64,000 nt of DNA from assembly GCA_965644295.1 (NCBI GenBank), contig CBFFRP010000075.1, forward strand, positions 125,324-189,323. The letters are read 5' to 3'. The DNA is from Paraphysomonas bandaiensis (taxonomy: Eukaryota; Protista; Chrysophyceae). Made by a program: the position numbers and the translations under genes. The notes beneath the pieces were generated by a model, which saw nothing but the letters and a program-made list of their open reading frames with translations, ran no database searches and had not been told where the DNA came from. This document shows positions 11,510 to 24,564 of this stretch, one piece after another (positions within the stretch are counted from its first letter, which is position 1; every line of letters starts with the position of its first letter).

Positions 11510-11963
11510 ATATAAATGGAAAATGGATGACCTTGTGTAGACTTAGTCAGTGAAGGTAATCGGTTACAATAATGTATGGCTATTCTTCTAGCGCCATATT
11601 GTAGGATCTTAAACAACTAGAAATGTATTGTGTAAATAATGAACATTGTTATATGTTTCAGAGTGAGAGAAAGCAACTGTCGTAGTTTCGTTGCACTGTG
11701 ATGCACACAAGTATTGTACCCAGTTAAGAATAAGTGCGTTTGACTGTAGCTATGGTATATTTTGACTGGTATGAATTTCTACCATATCCTCGAAATCTAA
11801 CATTGTTTCAACACTTTCGTAATATATATTATGATCATAATTCGTACTAGTATATTCGTAATATACACTGAATACATTTACCAGCTCAATACTCTTGTAC
11901 ATTCAAAAAATAGATATACACGTTATGTTAAATTGCACTGTGTTTTACATCACAGCGCATAAA

Positions 11964-14884
11964 CTAAACAGATGAGTGCAGAGATGCCACTCTAAACGAT
12001 TGTAGGATATTTTTTATAACGACTCCGTTGTCGTGAACGTTTCTTCTGGTATAGCATTTTGACTCTACCACAGACGCAATAGTGATAAAGTCGATTTCAG
12101 AATTATATGGCCCCTGAAATATATGAGCATATTGAATAAAGCACATGACATCAACTGACCACTAATAACTGGGTGAGTATGCCCTTACAGCAGTGAGGGG
12201 TGGAAGGGTAGTGCGGCAGAACAGATATCGCTTTCGCTGCCTCAGATAACTCAGTACCTGAGACAAGGTAAGAGCATACCAGATACCCAGCACAAAAAAT
12301 ACCTGGCGCATCCCAGTGTGGCCCACAAGGGCAAGCAAAACGAAAGCAAGAAGCTTCTGGGGACAAATCCTCACCAGTGTTCAGAGAGAAAAGAATACAC
12401 CCCTCACAGTCTGAAGATAACATCCACGGATTATTGAGCATAGGAAATTCAACTGAAGTGCCAATTGAGTGTCCCCACTCATGTAGCGCTGGTGCGAATT
12501 CTCTGAGTGTCGATCGGCGGCCAATAAGAAAACCAACAATGCGCTCAAAGTCTTCTTCCGATTCCAACTCAAGCGCCGATGCATGAGCTACATAGTACGA
12601 ACCATCACTTTGCCTACAAACTCTGCACTGCTGTACTGGGCGCTCCACCCTGCTCCCAGCTTTGGGTCCTAATAAATCCATCACTACACCGTTCGATATC
12701 ATAACAGCTGTCAACGCGACACGTTGCCGCAAATCCGTGTCATGCACTGCGTTCGCAGGGCCTAAATTTCTCAGATTACCATGTGGGGGTTGATTCTTGG
12801 TATTACTGTTGAATATCTCCTTAACTACGGCGCTCATTAGTCCATGACCGCCACTACTACCTATCACAAGAGACACAGTTGGCTCCAAACATGACGCGAA
12901 GTGCCTGTCAGATTCCCCCCCTGCAACACATAAAAATGCTAATCCTCGACTACTCGATATCGCGGCTTTCGTTCTTTTTCTAATATACGCGTACAGGCGA
13001 GCGACGCCGTCATTACCTATATATATATCGTCAAAGAAAAATCTTTCCTGTCTGGGTGCTGAGCTTATTGGCATCATGTTATTGCCAACCACCGTAGGTT
13101 CTCTGCAACTCTCTCGCTCCTCTCGCCACACTATATCCAATGCACTATTTTCAATGTCGACCCTGAAGGGGTTCTCGTCACATTTCTACATATATACCTG
13201 TCATCAATATATAACAAGGACACACCTTACTAGACCTTGTGTTGAACTCCCTCTACTATACATAGCTTCACAGCTCTAGGTATATCCCTCATAGACCTGT
13301 GAGCATGACGCCCATGTGCATAGATATTTACATCGCTGTATAAAGAGTGCACACTATGGTGTGAAGTAACCGGCCGACATGAGGCATCTGTGTAAACATG
13401 CTCCTTTCTCGTTGACCCAGTACGATTAGTCCTATTGTAGAGGTTATCAGAAGATTCACGACACCTGAAGGTACAGCTAGATTGCCGTGGACTTAAATCT
13501 TTTAGAGTTGATGATGGAATGTGTGTGTATATAGCTCTGTCAGCATCATTTCGAACTGCTGTATTCATAGAGCTCACACAGTGGATATAGCTACTGGGCA
13601 ATTCATCAGAGCTAGAGACACTGTCATCAGACATCAGATCATTTCCATGTTTATTTCTTGTGTCTAGTTGCTCAAGGGAAGACTTCGATTGTTCAAGTAA
13701 TTTTATCATAGAAGATATCACCGCTAGCGCAGAATTTGTACTGGAAACAAAAAAGATTCAGTGGGGTGTGACAACACGGCGTACAATACCTATCAGACGG
13801 AATGGATTGGTTTGTCAATTCAGCCGCAAGTGACGCCCTCAAACTCTGCGCTGTTGAAATGACGGTATTTATCGTCGCAACGTTCGCTTTCACAGACTCT
13901 AAGGAATCGCTATACGTCAAGTACTTGTATAAGTATTACATATTATATTATTAGCTTTAATTAAACCTGAATATCACTGAATGGGGCCCTTGTGCACTAT
14001 ATTTGGGAGACTTTCTAATTCCACGTGAAGAAAATGTTGTGTCACCTTCGTTAGTGGACAGCGACTTTCCAGGGCAATCAATTGTACTGTATATACCCTT
14101 CTGCTGATTGATGGGTGTGCGAGTCAAATCAACATCTCCGTTATTAGTTCCAGAGCATGAGGCTGTAGTGTGGGGAGCCCAGGGTTTCGAAGGCAAAACG
14201 TCCATTGGCGTGGCTCTAGGCTGTACGTTCGTTGTGGCCATCGCGTACCAACTTGGTTTCTCGTGATATTGGGGGCTACGGGGTTGAGGGGTATCAGAGG
14301 TTACGATTGAGCTTAATAATACAAATACCGTTGTCTAGAAATCATGGTATCGCTCTGAGATGACCTAAGTCGTGGTACAGAGAGAGAATGTGAAGTCGTT
14401 AAACCTTCGTCACTTATGAACTCGTCGTGAATATAATTTCCTTCCAATTTGTTTCGAAGTAGCCGACTCCAAGTCGTCATCACTGCAGCCTCCACCGGCC
14501 TCAGAGACTCTATCGCCAGTAAATCTACAACATTCTCTACCTCATGAGTAGCATCAAGTATCTCTTGTTCATCGTCACTATAAGACTCATCTCGTCTCTT
14601 CTTCTCTTCACGAGCAAACATCAGCCAATCATTCCACTGGTGTCTGTTCATTAGCGACCGCACCGCCTGCAGCTCCTGTGTATCTGGTCAGAAAGAGAGT
14701 TCAAGGACAAGTAGAGGGATAGATCTACCTCTGTCTCGTCTGTAGTGAGAGGTGTGGACAGCGTCACATTCTTCACCATAAGATCCAATATATGGCCCTT
14801 AGGAGCCATCACTGAGGAGACAACACCGTTCATCTCTTCATCCTGATCGCTAAGATCCATATCTTCATCGCTCATATCGCTCAT
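11964..14884 (-). CDS. Multi-exon protein with a C-terminal degenerate kinesin motor-like domain
   Basis: Chain of minus-strand ORFs joined by short introns. The C-terminal part reads RFFFDDIY..GLMSAVVKEIF..VALTAVMISNGVVMDLL..RVCRQSDGSYYV..LELESEEDF..RRS..GILTQLL, which follows kinesin motif order but lacks the P-loop. Confidence 0.6.
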
Positions 14885-15431
14885 ATCAATTTGTAACACG
14901 CACACCATACCACTACTGTAGATCTATGCATGCGATGATGTACACACGCTGTACCTCAACGATCAGGTCGGTATACATACAGTATACAGTACCTAGACAG
15001 TACAGTGGGCTCTGAAAACTATTGTCTTTTGTAGCAGTTTTCAGTATTATCGAAAAGAGGAAATTTTATTTTTTACAATGTAAAAACTAAATTTTTTGGC
15101 ATCATCTACAAGGAATAGCACCTTCTGGGACAGAAAACCCCTGATATTGAAACTGAGTTTGATTTTGTAGTGAATGTGGCAACTTACAACGGCAGTTCAT
15201 AGGCACACATACAGTCGTAAGTACTGTACGTCGTGTATGTAGAGCTCTGTGCGTATAGCGTATAGTATATGACTGTATGTTATCTACTGCACCCGACCTG
15301 CTGCTGTATGTATATATGCTATGTACATATGTGTGGTATAGAATATAAGCAGGTGGGGATATATATCTAACTAGACCACCTCATCTCTCCCCCCCTCTCC
15401 TCTCCTCTCCTCTACACCAGACCTAGTCCCT

Positions 15432-17915
15432 ATGTCCCGTGTGTTAGTATTGTTGCTGGCGCTGCTGCTGGTGTGTGAGAGGGCTCTATCTGCTGTTATT
15501 AATCTGGAGTGGGGTCTCAGTGTGGGCAATCAGGGAACCACACACATAAACACAGGAGACACTGTCGTATGGACGTGGAGCGACTTCTTCACTCATAGCG
15601 TCAGGTCTATGAACGGCAAGTTCACGAGCTCTTCCATAGTTGCCGGGGAAGGCACCACTCATACAGTTACGTTTAATACAGCAGGAACATATCCCTATAT
15701 GTGCGACATACACACCACTGCTATGCAGGGTGTTATTCAGGTATCAGGCAGTCCGACACTAGCACCGGCCCATGCTTCGTCCGATTCACCTGTCGCGTCA
15801 TCTTCTCCAACAGCTACTCCAACCTTTATTGATCCGAATTCCTTATTAAGCGAGAAACTGACATACCCACATGTAGTGGATTCAGGCAAAGATGTACCTT
15901 CTGAGTGGACCGCTACCTTAGTTGTTCGGGAGCATAGACATAGTAACTCACAAGTTTCTTTCACGACGCGTTCATACTGTTACCAAAATAAATGTACGTA
16001 CCCCGGTCCTACCATCGCTGTACTGCCAGGAGACAACTTCACCTTAGTTCTCACAAATGAGCTTGGTCCGACCCCTCATAACGAGCACATAATGAATCAT
16101 ATGCACAGTCCGAATACCACTAACATTCATACTCATGGACTTCACATCGGGTCGGATGTAGACACTGTTTTCGTACACGCTGCGCCGGGCGAAACTATTA
16201 CATATCCCTACAAGATACGAGACGACCACGCTCCAGGATTGATGTGGTATCACGCCCACTACCACGGATCTAGCACGATGCAGCTGATGAGCGGTTTGGT
16301 TGGAGCACTGGTTGTTAAGCCCGCACACACAGGCAAGCAACGTATCCCTGCTTCGATTACAGAGGCAGACGCTCATATTCTGGTCGTGACGAAGCTTGTG
16401 GTATCCCAAGAAACCTCAGGTGGGAAGGTAACACAGGGGTGTGGGGTAGGATATGCTTGTGACCCGGTAGCCCAAGCTCCACTCTGTACAGGTGTCTCAT
16501 ATGCTGTTGTATTCCCGTGATAGTTGATTATTATCCGTTTAGGGGAAGAGGAGAGCTCTCCATTTAACATGTTTCGGGTGTATTCTATACAGGAGTTTAA
16601 TGCGGAGTGCGGAAGTGACATGGAGTTGAATGTGGAAGTGGTGGACCCCGATGAGACAGATATGGATCTTGTTAACGGGATGTTTCGGCCGACGCTGCAC
16701 CTCGTGCAAGGTTCACCAAGTATTCTGCATACGGTGAATGCGTTTGGTGGTGCACCGCTCTCATTAAGTGTGTCTGATGCATCATGCTCTATTCATGTAA
16801 TTGCCTGGGACGGAGTATATATGGAAGCGCGCTTGGAGCAGCAAACTGTGAATATACCAGGTGCTGGGAGGGCTAGTTTTGAAATTGTGTGTGACAAAGA
16901 AGGTGTGTCATTTTCTTTTTTCAGTTGATTTGTAATGACTTGCGAAGGGGTATTTATTATGCGGAACGGTGCTAAGCACATGATGACCCTTTTCGTTAAT
17001 TCTACAGGAGTAAGGCGACCAACAGTTACAGACAGTGAGCTGAAGGGGATTGTGCGCCCGTGGTATCTTCAGGACCTCTTTGGAGATGACGTTGTAGTCA
17101 ACCATAGGTACAGCGTCCACATATCTCAAGATAACAAGCCCACAGGCGACTGTGGGTACTGGATGGGCCTTGGCTCCGACTGCAGTGCTATTACCCCCCA
17201 TGGGTCTGTGCCCCCTAATCCGCACTACGTTCCGTGTTCCTTTTCTAAGTTTAAAGGTGAGCGTGGACTCTCGGCCGCTGGGTACCTTCCAGACCACCGT
17301 TTGGTCACATACGTGGGAGCCGTGAATGAGTGGACTATATATGGACTTGGATCAGCGCATCACCCTCTGTAAGTTTTTGGTACTCTTGGTGCGTTTTGTT
17401 AACGTTTTGGTGGCAGGCACGTACACGTAAACCATATGCAGGTGACTGTCAGATGTATAATTTGCGTTCAGAAATCTCTTTTGTGTGCCATTACAGCTTC
17501 TATCACAGATAATATCATTCAACTCGTCTGTTGAGAATTTCACCGAATCGTATTATAGGGTAAAATATCATTGTATCGATGACATACGTTAAAGGCTTTG
17601 TATAGACAGGGCAATGGAGAGATGTTATTCCTCCGGTCGCAGACAGCGTGGTTATTCGCTTCGTGGCCGCCGACTACGCCGGAGAAGTCATAATGCACTG
17701 TAGGATTTCATTTTTTTCTGTTTTGGTATATTGACGTATGAATAGGCCATTTTCAGCGCCATGAGGACCTCGGAATGATGGATTCATTTCTCATATTACC
17801 GCAGGAAGAATACTTCTCGACGTATGCCCCTACTCTAGCACCAACACCTACGCCGACAATTGACACGCCCAGAGTGTGCAAGTGTAACAGTCCGTATACC
17901 AGCGTTGGTCATTAA
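15432..17915 (+). CDS. Secreted multicopper oxidase with an extra N-terminal plastocyanin-like cupredoxin domain
   Basis: Signal peptide; HSV...YPYMCDIHTTAM type-1 Cu site; Ser/Thr/Pro linker; MCO motifs HTHG, WYHAH, HPLHVHVNH (spliced) and MHCHFQRHEDLGMM (spliced). 3' end approximate. Confidence 0.9.
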
Positions 17916-18244
17916 AGACGTTAACTAAATATAGAGCATGCTGCAGGACGATCCCTCTATTCAATCATGGGTAGTCGTTTCTACATAATGTCGTCGAATA
18001 GACTATTGATAAAAATATAAGAGGAAGTTATAGAAAAGGAGGCTAAATGAAATATAAAGCGAAAAATCAGTTTTGTGTTCCCACTGAAACTACAACATAC
18101 TTCACCTGAAATAGCAATTATTATTTCATATCGTTGATATATATTACATCTTCTAAGTCACTTCCATTCTGTTTAGGAAATTTGTAGGCAGCAGCATATT
18201 ATCGCACAGATATCGGGTGTCTTGTTGTGATTAGTTCGTACTTG

Positions 18245-18470
18245 TGAATGTGTCTGATTATTAGCAATAGGCGTGTAAGAGTCAGAACCCTAATCGAATA
18301 GCTTAACTCTGATAACCTACAATTTAAAGCTGCTTGTGCGTCACCGCAAGCACCAGGGTGCAACCACTTCTGCTCTTGAGTATGTGTGGGAGCTGCCCAT
18401 GGACGTATAGTCCTGCGGTGTCTAGGCGCGGCTAATCAGGGAGCGCCCTTTGGGTAGGGGTCGGCGAAGC
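18245..18470 (-). mobile_element. Short 5'-truncated LINE 3' fragment
   Basis: Reverse complement reads CCCTACCCAAAGGGCGC (PYPKGR), then the GGTTGCACCCTGGTGCTTGCGGTGACGCACAAGCAG module and the ACGCCTATTGCTAATAATCAGAC tail. Confidence 0.75.
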
Positions 18471-18725
18471 TTATGGGAATGTCAGAGTTATGTAGATTTC
18501 GTAGATACTTCTGTTAAAGTTATTGCAAACGAATTGAAATGAATATCTACAATGCATGTGGGACACGCAGCATCGCTTAAGTGGTACAGTAAGCCCCTAT
18601 CGAGCTGGACAAAACACATCATACCACCAAACCGTACTACACATGCAAAATTTTTTGTACACCGTCAACAAGTTAAAATCAGAAATAGTAGCACTACAAA
18701 ACTCATTACAAGAAATGGTTAAAAA

Positions 18726-20718
18726 TTATATAATATATTTGTTGAGATCAGTGGCGCTGAGGTAGTCCTTGGTTTTTTCGCGCACATATACCTCATCAAT
18801 TTCAATGGAAGTATTGGGCGTTTCTGATGCACTGAACGATATTTCCTCCATAATTCGCTCAACAACAGTATGCAGTCTTCTAGCACCAATATTTTCGACA
18901 GTACGGTTGACCTAATCAAAACGCTCCTCATCAGTTGAAGTCTAGTGAACAACGGGCTACACATTACCTCAGAAGCGATCTTGGCAATCTCTCGAATAGC
19001 CTTTTCAGTAAAGGTCAGTGACACAGACTCAGACTTCATCAGTTCAACCTAAGCAACATTGGTAGCATCTGCGTCAAATACAATATCCCGCTACATGGAC
19101 AGATAAAGACCTGCTGTTTAAGGAGGTTGTTCACAGGCTCTGTAAGGATTCTGTAAAGATCGTTTTCTGTGAGACCTGCAAGGTTCACTCTAATGGGCAG
19201 GCGGCCCTGTAGCTCCGGGAGTAAATCGGATGGCTTAGCAGAGTGAAACGAACCCGCGGCAATAAACAAAATATATTCCGTGTTAATATTTCCCTTCTTG
19301 GTATTCACCACTGTACCTTCCACGAGAGGTAGTAAGTCTCGTTGAACTCCTTCGGCAGATGCATCCCGCCCCCCACTACTAAACGAATCTCCAGATACAA
19401 CTTTATCGATCTCGTCAATAAAAACAATTCCCTTCTCTTCAACAGCCTTCAGAGCCTCGCGAGTGATGTCTCCCTCTTTTTCAGAAAACAACAATTGTGC
19501 TTGGTTCGATTTCAAAGCATCACGGGCAGTGGATACTTTCATTCGCTTCTTGACACGAGACACACTTCTACTTCCTGTAATACTACGTCAGTAAGTGTGC
19601 AGATATATGCATACATAACAGCAACACTCTAAAGACGAATATGTTAGTTGAGTGGGTTTATATACAATGCGCGTTCAACAATTCAATACAAAGAAGTAGG
19701 ACAACCTAGCTGGGATATCACCCTCATGAACCCATCCAGAGCGGCCTCGTCAGCAGATCCCTGGTCCGAAGAGATGGCCACCACAGGTGTAGCCTCTGAC
19801 TTCACTGGTAGGTCCACTAGTATCATCTCGTCATCATATTCTCCGTCTCGATACCTGGCGGTGATGGCTTCTTCACTCAGAGCATCAGCCGCATGTTGGC
19901 TTCCGTGCTTCTGGCCATTAGGGCGGGGTGTAACAGTTGGAGGTTGAGCAACCCCATCCAGATCAACATTTATCGTTTTTTTAAGTTGATGTTGTAGTGT
20001 ACCAACAATAATTTTTTCTGTTATTGTGTTGGCTTCAGACATTATATCCTGGGCCATTTCTATTCATCAAAATAAGAATATTACACCAAATAAATGTACC
20101 TCCATCATACGTTTCTTAGTGCGCGATATGGATTCATTCACAAGCTCGGATATTATCTCATTGACATCCTGACCTACAAAACCCACTTCGGTGAACTTCG
20201 TAGCATCAGTTCGAACAAATGGTGCGTCCGCTAGTTTGGCTAATCGTCTTGCGATTTCAGTCTTCCCGCATCCCGTTGAACCAATCATGAGTATGTTCTT
20301 CGGGACGATCTACACACATATATACACATATCCATTAGACTACAAAGAAGGAAGCAATGACAGAGCTTACATCTGCCTGTAGATGTTGCGGCAGCTGCGA
20401 TCGTCTCCATCTGTTGCGATATGCTATAGCCACTGCTCGCTTACACTCCTCTTGACCAACAATATACTTATCCAGCTCCTCAACCACTCGCCTTGGAGTA
20501 AGAGGGTCCCCTTCATGCTCTTTGTCTCTTCTTTTCCTCCCCCTGGACCCCCCATGAGTCCCTCTAGACCCTTCATTAGCCCCAGAAACACCCCCTGTCG
20601 ACCCTCTCGCTGTGCTGCTGCTCCTGATGATATAGGGGGATAATATTGATAGTGGAGGGGGGCGATACACACCCACACGCATCATAGTTGATAGTGAGAA
20701 TTGTCTAAACCCAGACAT
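18726..20718 (-). CDS. hslU: ATP-dependent protease ATPase subunit HslU (ClpY), probably mitochondrial
   Basis: [33 protein letters not shown]; [24 protein letters not shown]; GFVG; [10 protein letters not shown]; EGVQRDLLP; [10 protein letters not shown]; [10 protein letters not shown]; C-terminal DLNKYII*. Arg/Ser-rich N-terminal presequence. Confidence 0.95.
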
Positions 20719-22078
20719 ATGGCTGCATGTACGTCTGTTTGCTGCCTATAGCGCCTGTCAGTGTATCATACTATCACATACAGCCAATACATAGTCTGTG
20801 ATGACACATGCATATGCATAGAACGATAGCAGTGTCTGTCATATATGTAATACAGTGCACTACAGTGGGATACTGTTCTGGTTCAATTCTGTTGACATAC
20901 AGGCGTATATATACAGAGAGACTACTCTATGACTATGCACATACAGCAGCAGATGTCCACTTGACATGTACCAGTGTACAGGTATGCAGGTACAGTATAT
21001 GGACTGACAAGCAGGCAATATCTGTAATCTACTAGTGCATATATGGTATATCTGTAATGCATGTACAGTATGTTACGTGGATTCTGAGAATTGCTTGCGT
21101 TTTATGAACATAGAGTCCCATCGATGGTAGGGGGCTGTTTAATTTCTGCCTATATGACCCTATCATAAGCGGAGCGATTCTTCAGTTTACGTTTTGGTCT
21201 CGTAATTTTAGATTTTGGAATAAGTGAAATCGCCATCCACGTTTAAAATACGACCAACTGCTAGATATGTATCAGTAGCTTATTGGATATAATTTATCAC
21301 TTATCAGTGTAATACCAAAAATTACATCTATCGCAGAAATCAACGATAAAACGTGAAGAGAAAATATTGATGTTGGTGGTTTCTGCCATGAAACAACAGC
21401 ATTTTCACAATTTTATTATCTCTCCTAAGATAATTCAACATGCACAAGTATCCTATCCTACAGACCTTAACTTGAGCTTATTCCTTGTATAATACAACCT
21501 AGTATTATGTTAACTATTATCTTAGCCTCATTTGAATTGGGCTCAACAGTACGCTCATAATAGCTCCGGGTAATTTGGATTAGAGGTGCCTACTTCTTTC
21601 TGGGTTTGAGTCACTTCGTGCTTATCAGGGTTTTGGCGGTGTCATATTTAGATGTTCCTAGTTTTTTTAGACATTACTACTAATTTATGAAATTTATCAA
21701 ATCTACTAAACTTAAATACGGCTTAACTGCCATTAATAGTTTAGTAGGAACAAATGCCACATTTTAGTTAAGTAGGAACAAATGGAAAGTTTAGTAGATG
21801 TAATAATGTCACCGAGACACACAGCCCTGCAAGAATTTAGGTCAAGAATATATATTTATACTATTTTGAGACAAAATGGGGATACATGGCCGTTTCCCCA
21901 TTCTAATGTAGTGAGTACAAGCAGCTGCCTTCAATTTCTAAGAGCTCTATATATATTCGCCTTATCTTCTGCAATGAACATATTCTGTATACAGATATGC
22001 CATACTTATTTTTATGAATGCTCCTATCGTGCTACACGATTTGCATAAAACTAGTAAAAATGCAGTGTTGCTGAGTAC

Positions 22079-24463
22079 CAGGGATAGGGAACAATATATT
22101 GCAATATATTGTAAAATATATTGATTGGTGGACTGGTCAAATATTCCATCAATAGTGTTTCTGTTAATAGAGCTCACAATACTATTGCAATATATTGCAA
22201 TCAATATTATGATAGTCATATAAGAGAAGATCCTCAACTGTATGGTGCAAAATATACGCCTCTGTATACAAATATCCGGAAAATAAGAAAAAAAGCCTAT
22301 TTTTGATGTTATTTTCTATTTTTTATGTATCGCCAGCTCAAACAGCACTCTACACCTCTCCACATGTATGTACAGTACTTCTCTTAATATAGTATATATA
22401 TCCTATAGTGACAAGAAGAGACAACTGAATGATGAGTGCATACAAGAGTAGGGACATTTACCGCTGTTTTTGGAGTCCGGTCGAAGGTGTCCCGAACAAA
22501 CACGAGTGTAAAATCTGCGGACGTAAACGACAACAGAATATTCGGAATGGATACAACAATCTAAAGGATCACACTTTCTCTCATGATGTGTGGGAGGAGA
22601 CATTGAAGAGGTATTTACGGGCTGTCTGCACCAATGGTCCCATGGATGCTTTTGTTCTGCAGCCTTCAGACAAGGCGAAAACAATTTATGAGTGGGTGGA
22701 GTGGATTGTCGAGGAAAATCTTCCATTAAATTTCTGTGAGAAGAAATTAACTAGAAATAAGACTTCTTTGGGTAAGATAACTACAAAAACACTGAAAAAA
22801 TATATGAGACTGTTGGAACTGAAGCTACGTGATATGATTAAAGATATATTACCACCAACATTTGGTCTAGTCATGGACGGTTGGACGTCGGACTCCCACC
22901 ACTACAGTGCAATATTTGCAACCTTTTGCGACCGAACCAATACTCCGAATTTGTTATTGTTGTCTTGTAATGTGCAAGAGGATATTGATGACAACACTGT
23001 TTTCGATGAAGATCTACCTGATGAAGAGAAATTCTACGGATTCACTGCTGCGGATTGGTTTGATACTATCGTAGAAGTTCTCAATAAATTTGGAGTTGAG
23101 GTTAACGCTGACAATGTTTGCGACATTGTTGAGTTTTATCTTGGAGATAACTGTGCTACAAACAGAAAATTGGCTACTGATTCTGGTAACACCGTATTAC
23201 TTGTGTGAAATTGTCGAATGTTATAATATATATTAGGTGTACCCCTAGTTGGATGTGCATCTCACCGACTAAATCTCGCTGTCAATGAACTCATTCGCAG
23301 CAAAGAGAAGAGGAATAACCAAGGAGATGTGACAAGATCTGACGAAGGCATTAGGCCTCTTATTCGCAAAGTAGACCTACTAATGGGGAAGTTGAAGCAG
23401 ATTAAGAATGCTGCATTGCTACGTGGCCAAACCAGTCTGCTACCAGAAAGGGTAAATGTCACAAGATGGTCTTCTATGTTTCAGGTTCTCATAAAGTGGA
23501 TGCGTATAAAAGATCATGTATTAAAAATTGAAGACTTACCGCTTGCAGTTACTGATATGATTCCTACTCCTCGACAGAATACCGAAATAATCGCCCTTGT
23601 AGACGACCTGAGGAAGTTTGAAAGCGTCTCGAAATTGCTTCAAACTGGAGGATCAAGTCAAGTGAATCTTTATGAATGCCGGAACATATTTGATGGCTTA
23701 TTGAGGGACTTTAGGCCAAAGTATCCACTATCTGCTTTACAGAAAAACAGTCCCATTGTTAATGATCCGAATTTCGAGAATGGAATTGCAAAACTCCAAG
23801 CAGGCGAAGAATTGGACTTGACAAGATCTGAGAAAGATGCTGTTAGAATATATCTCCGTTCAGACAGTGATTATTGCAACAATACAGAGGATGATGAAGC
23901 TGAAGTTGGCTATGCGGAAAAAATTCTTCAATCAGCTCAAAAACTTAAGAAGCGAAAAGTTGAAATATCTAAGTACAGGTGCACGAGTCATGTAGTATGT
24001 ACTTCCAATACGTGTGAACGCCTGTTCAGCGCAGCAAAACTGATTATATCAGTGTTGCGCAAACGTATGCATCCTACTACACTTAATATGTTGTTGTTTC
24101 TGAAAGCTAACCGACAGTTGTGGCCGGATGCAAGCATATTTCAATCAATATTGAATGAATATGGTGATGATGATGTCACCGATGATGGCTCAGAGGATGA
24201 GTATGAGGAAACTTTTAATTAGTTAAGAGTAGTGGGTTTGATTATCAAGTGACCTTAGACCTTATAAAATATGGCAAGTACTAAAAATGAAAACTACTGA
24301 TGTGTTTACTTACTGATTAGTCATACTAATATATTGCAATATATTGTACAATATATTGCAATATATTGCAATAGTATTGTAGGGCCGGTTTAAAAAATCC
24401 ATCAATACTATTGATGGAACGCTACCTAACAATAGTATTGCAATATATTGTTCCCTATCCCTG
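22079..24463 (+). mobile_element. Complete hAT-superfamily DNA transposon
   Basis: 28-bp perfect TIR CAGGGATAGGGAACAATATATTGCAATA; exact 8-bp TSD CTGAGTAC (22071-22078 and 24464-24471); subterminal CAATATATTG repeats; internal transposase. Confidence 0.95.
22429..24222 (+). CDS. hAT transposase (BED zinc finger, DDE core, dimerization domain), intron 23186-23236
   Basis: CKIC..NLKDH...H BED finger; DGWTS; GDNCATN; spliced GVPLVGCASHRLNLAV; TRWSS; TSNTCERLFS. Removing the 51-nt GT-AG intron joins both ORFs in frame. True start may lie slightly upstream. Confidence 0.92.
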
Positions 24464-24564
24464 CTGAGTACTGTGCAGTTGTGTTATTAAATTCTACATA
24501 CTGGGTCCCAACTGTGGTCTAAAAGACTAACTATAAATACGTGCAACATTATAGTGTTAAATTA

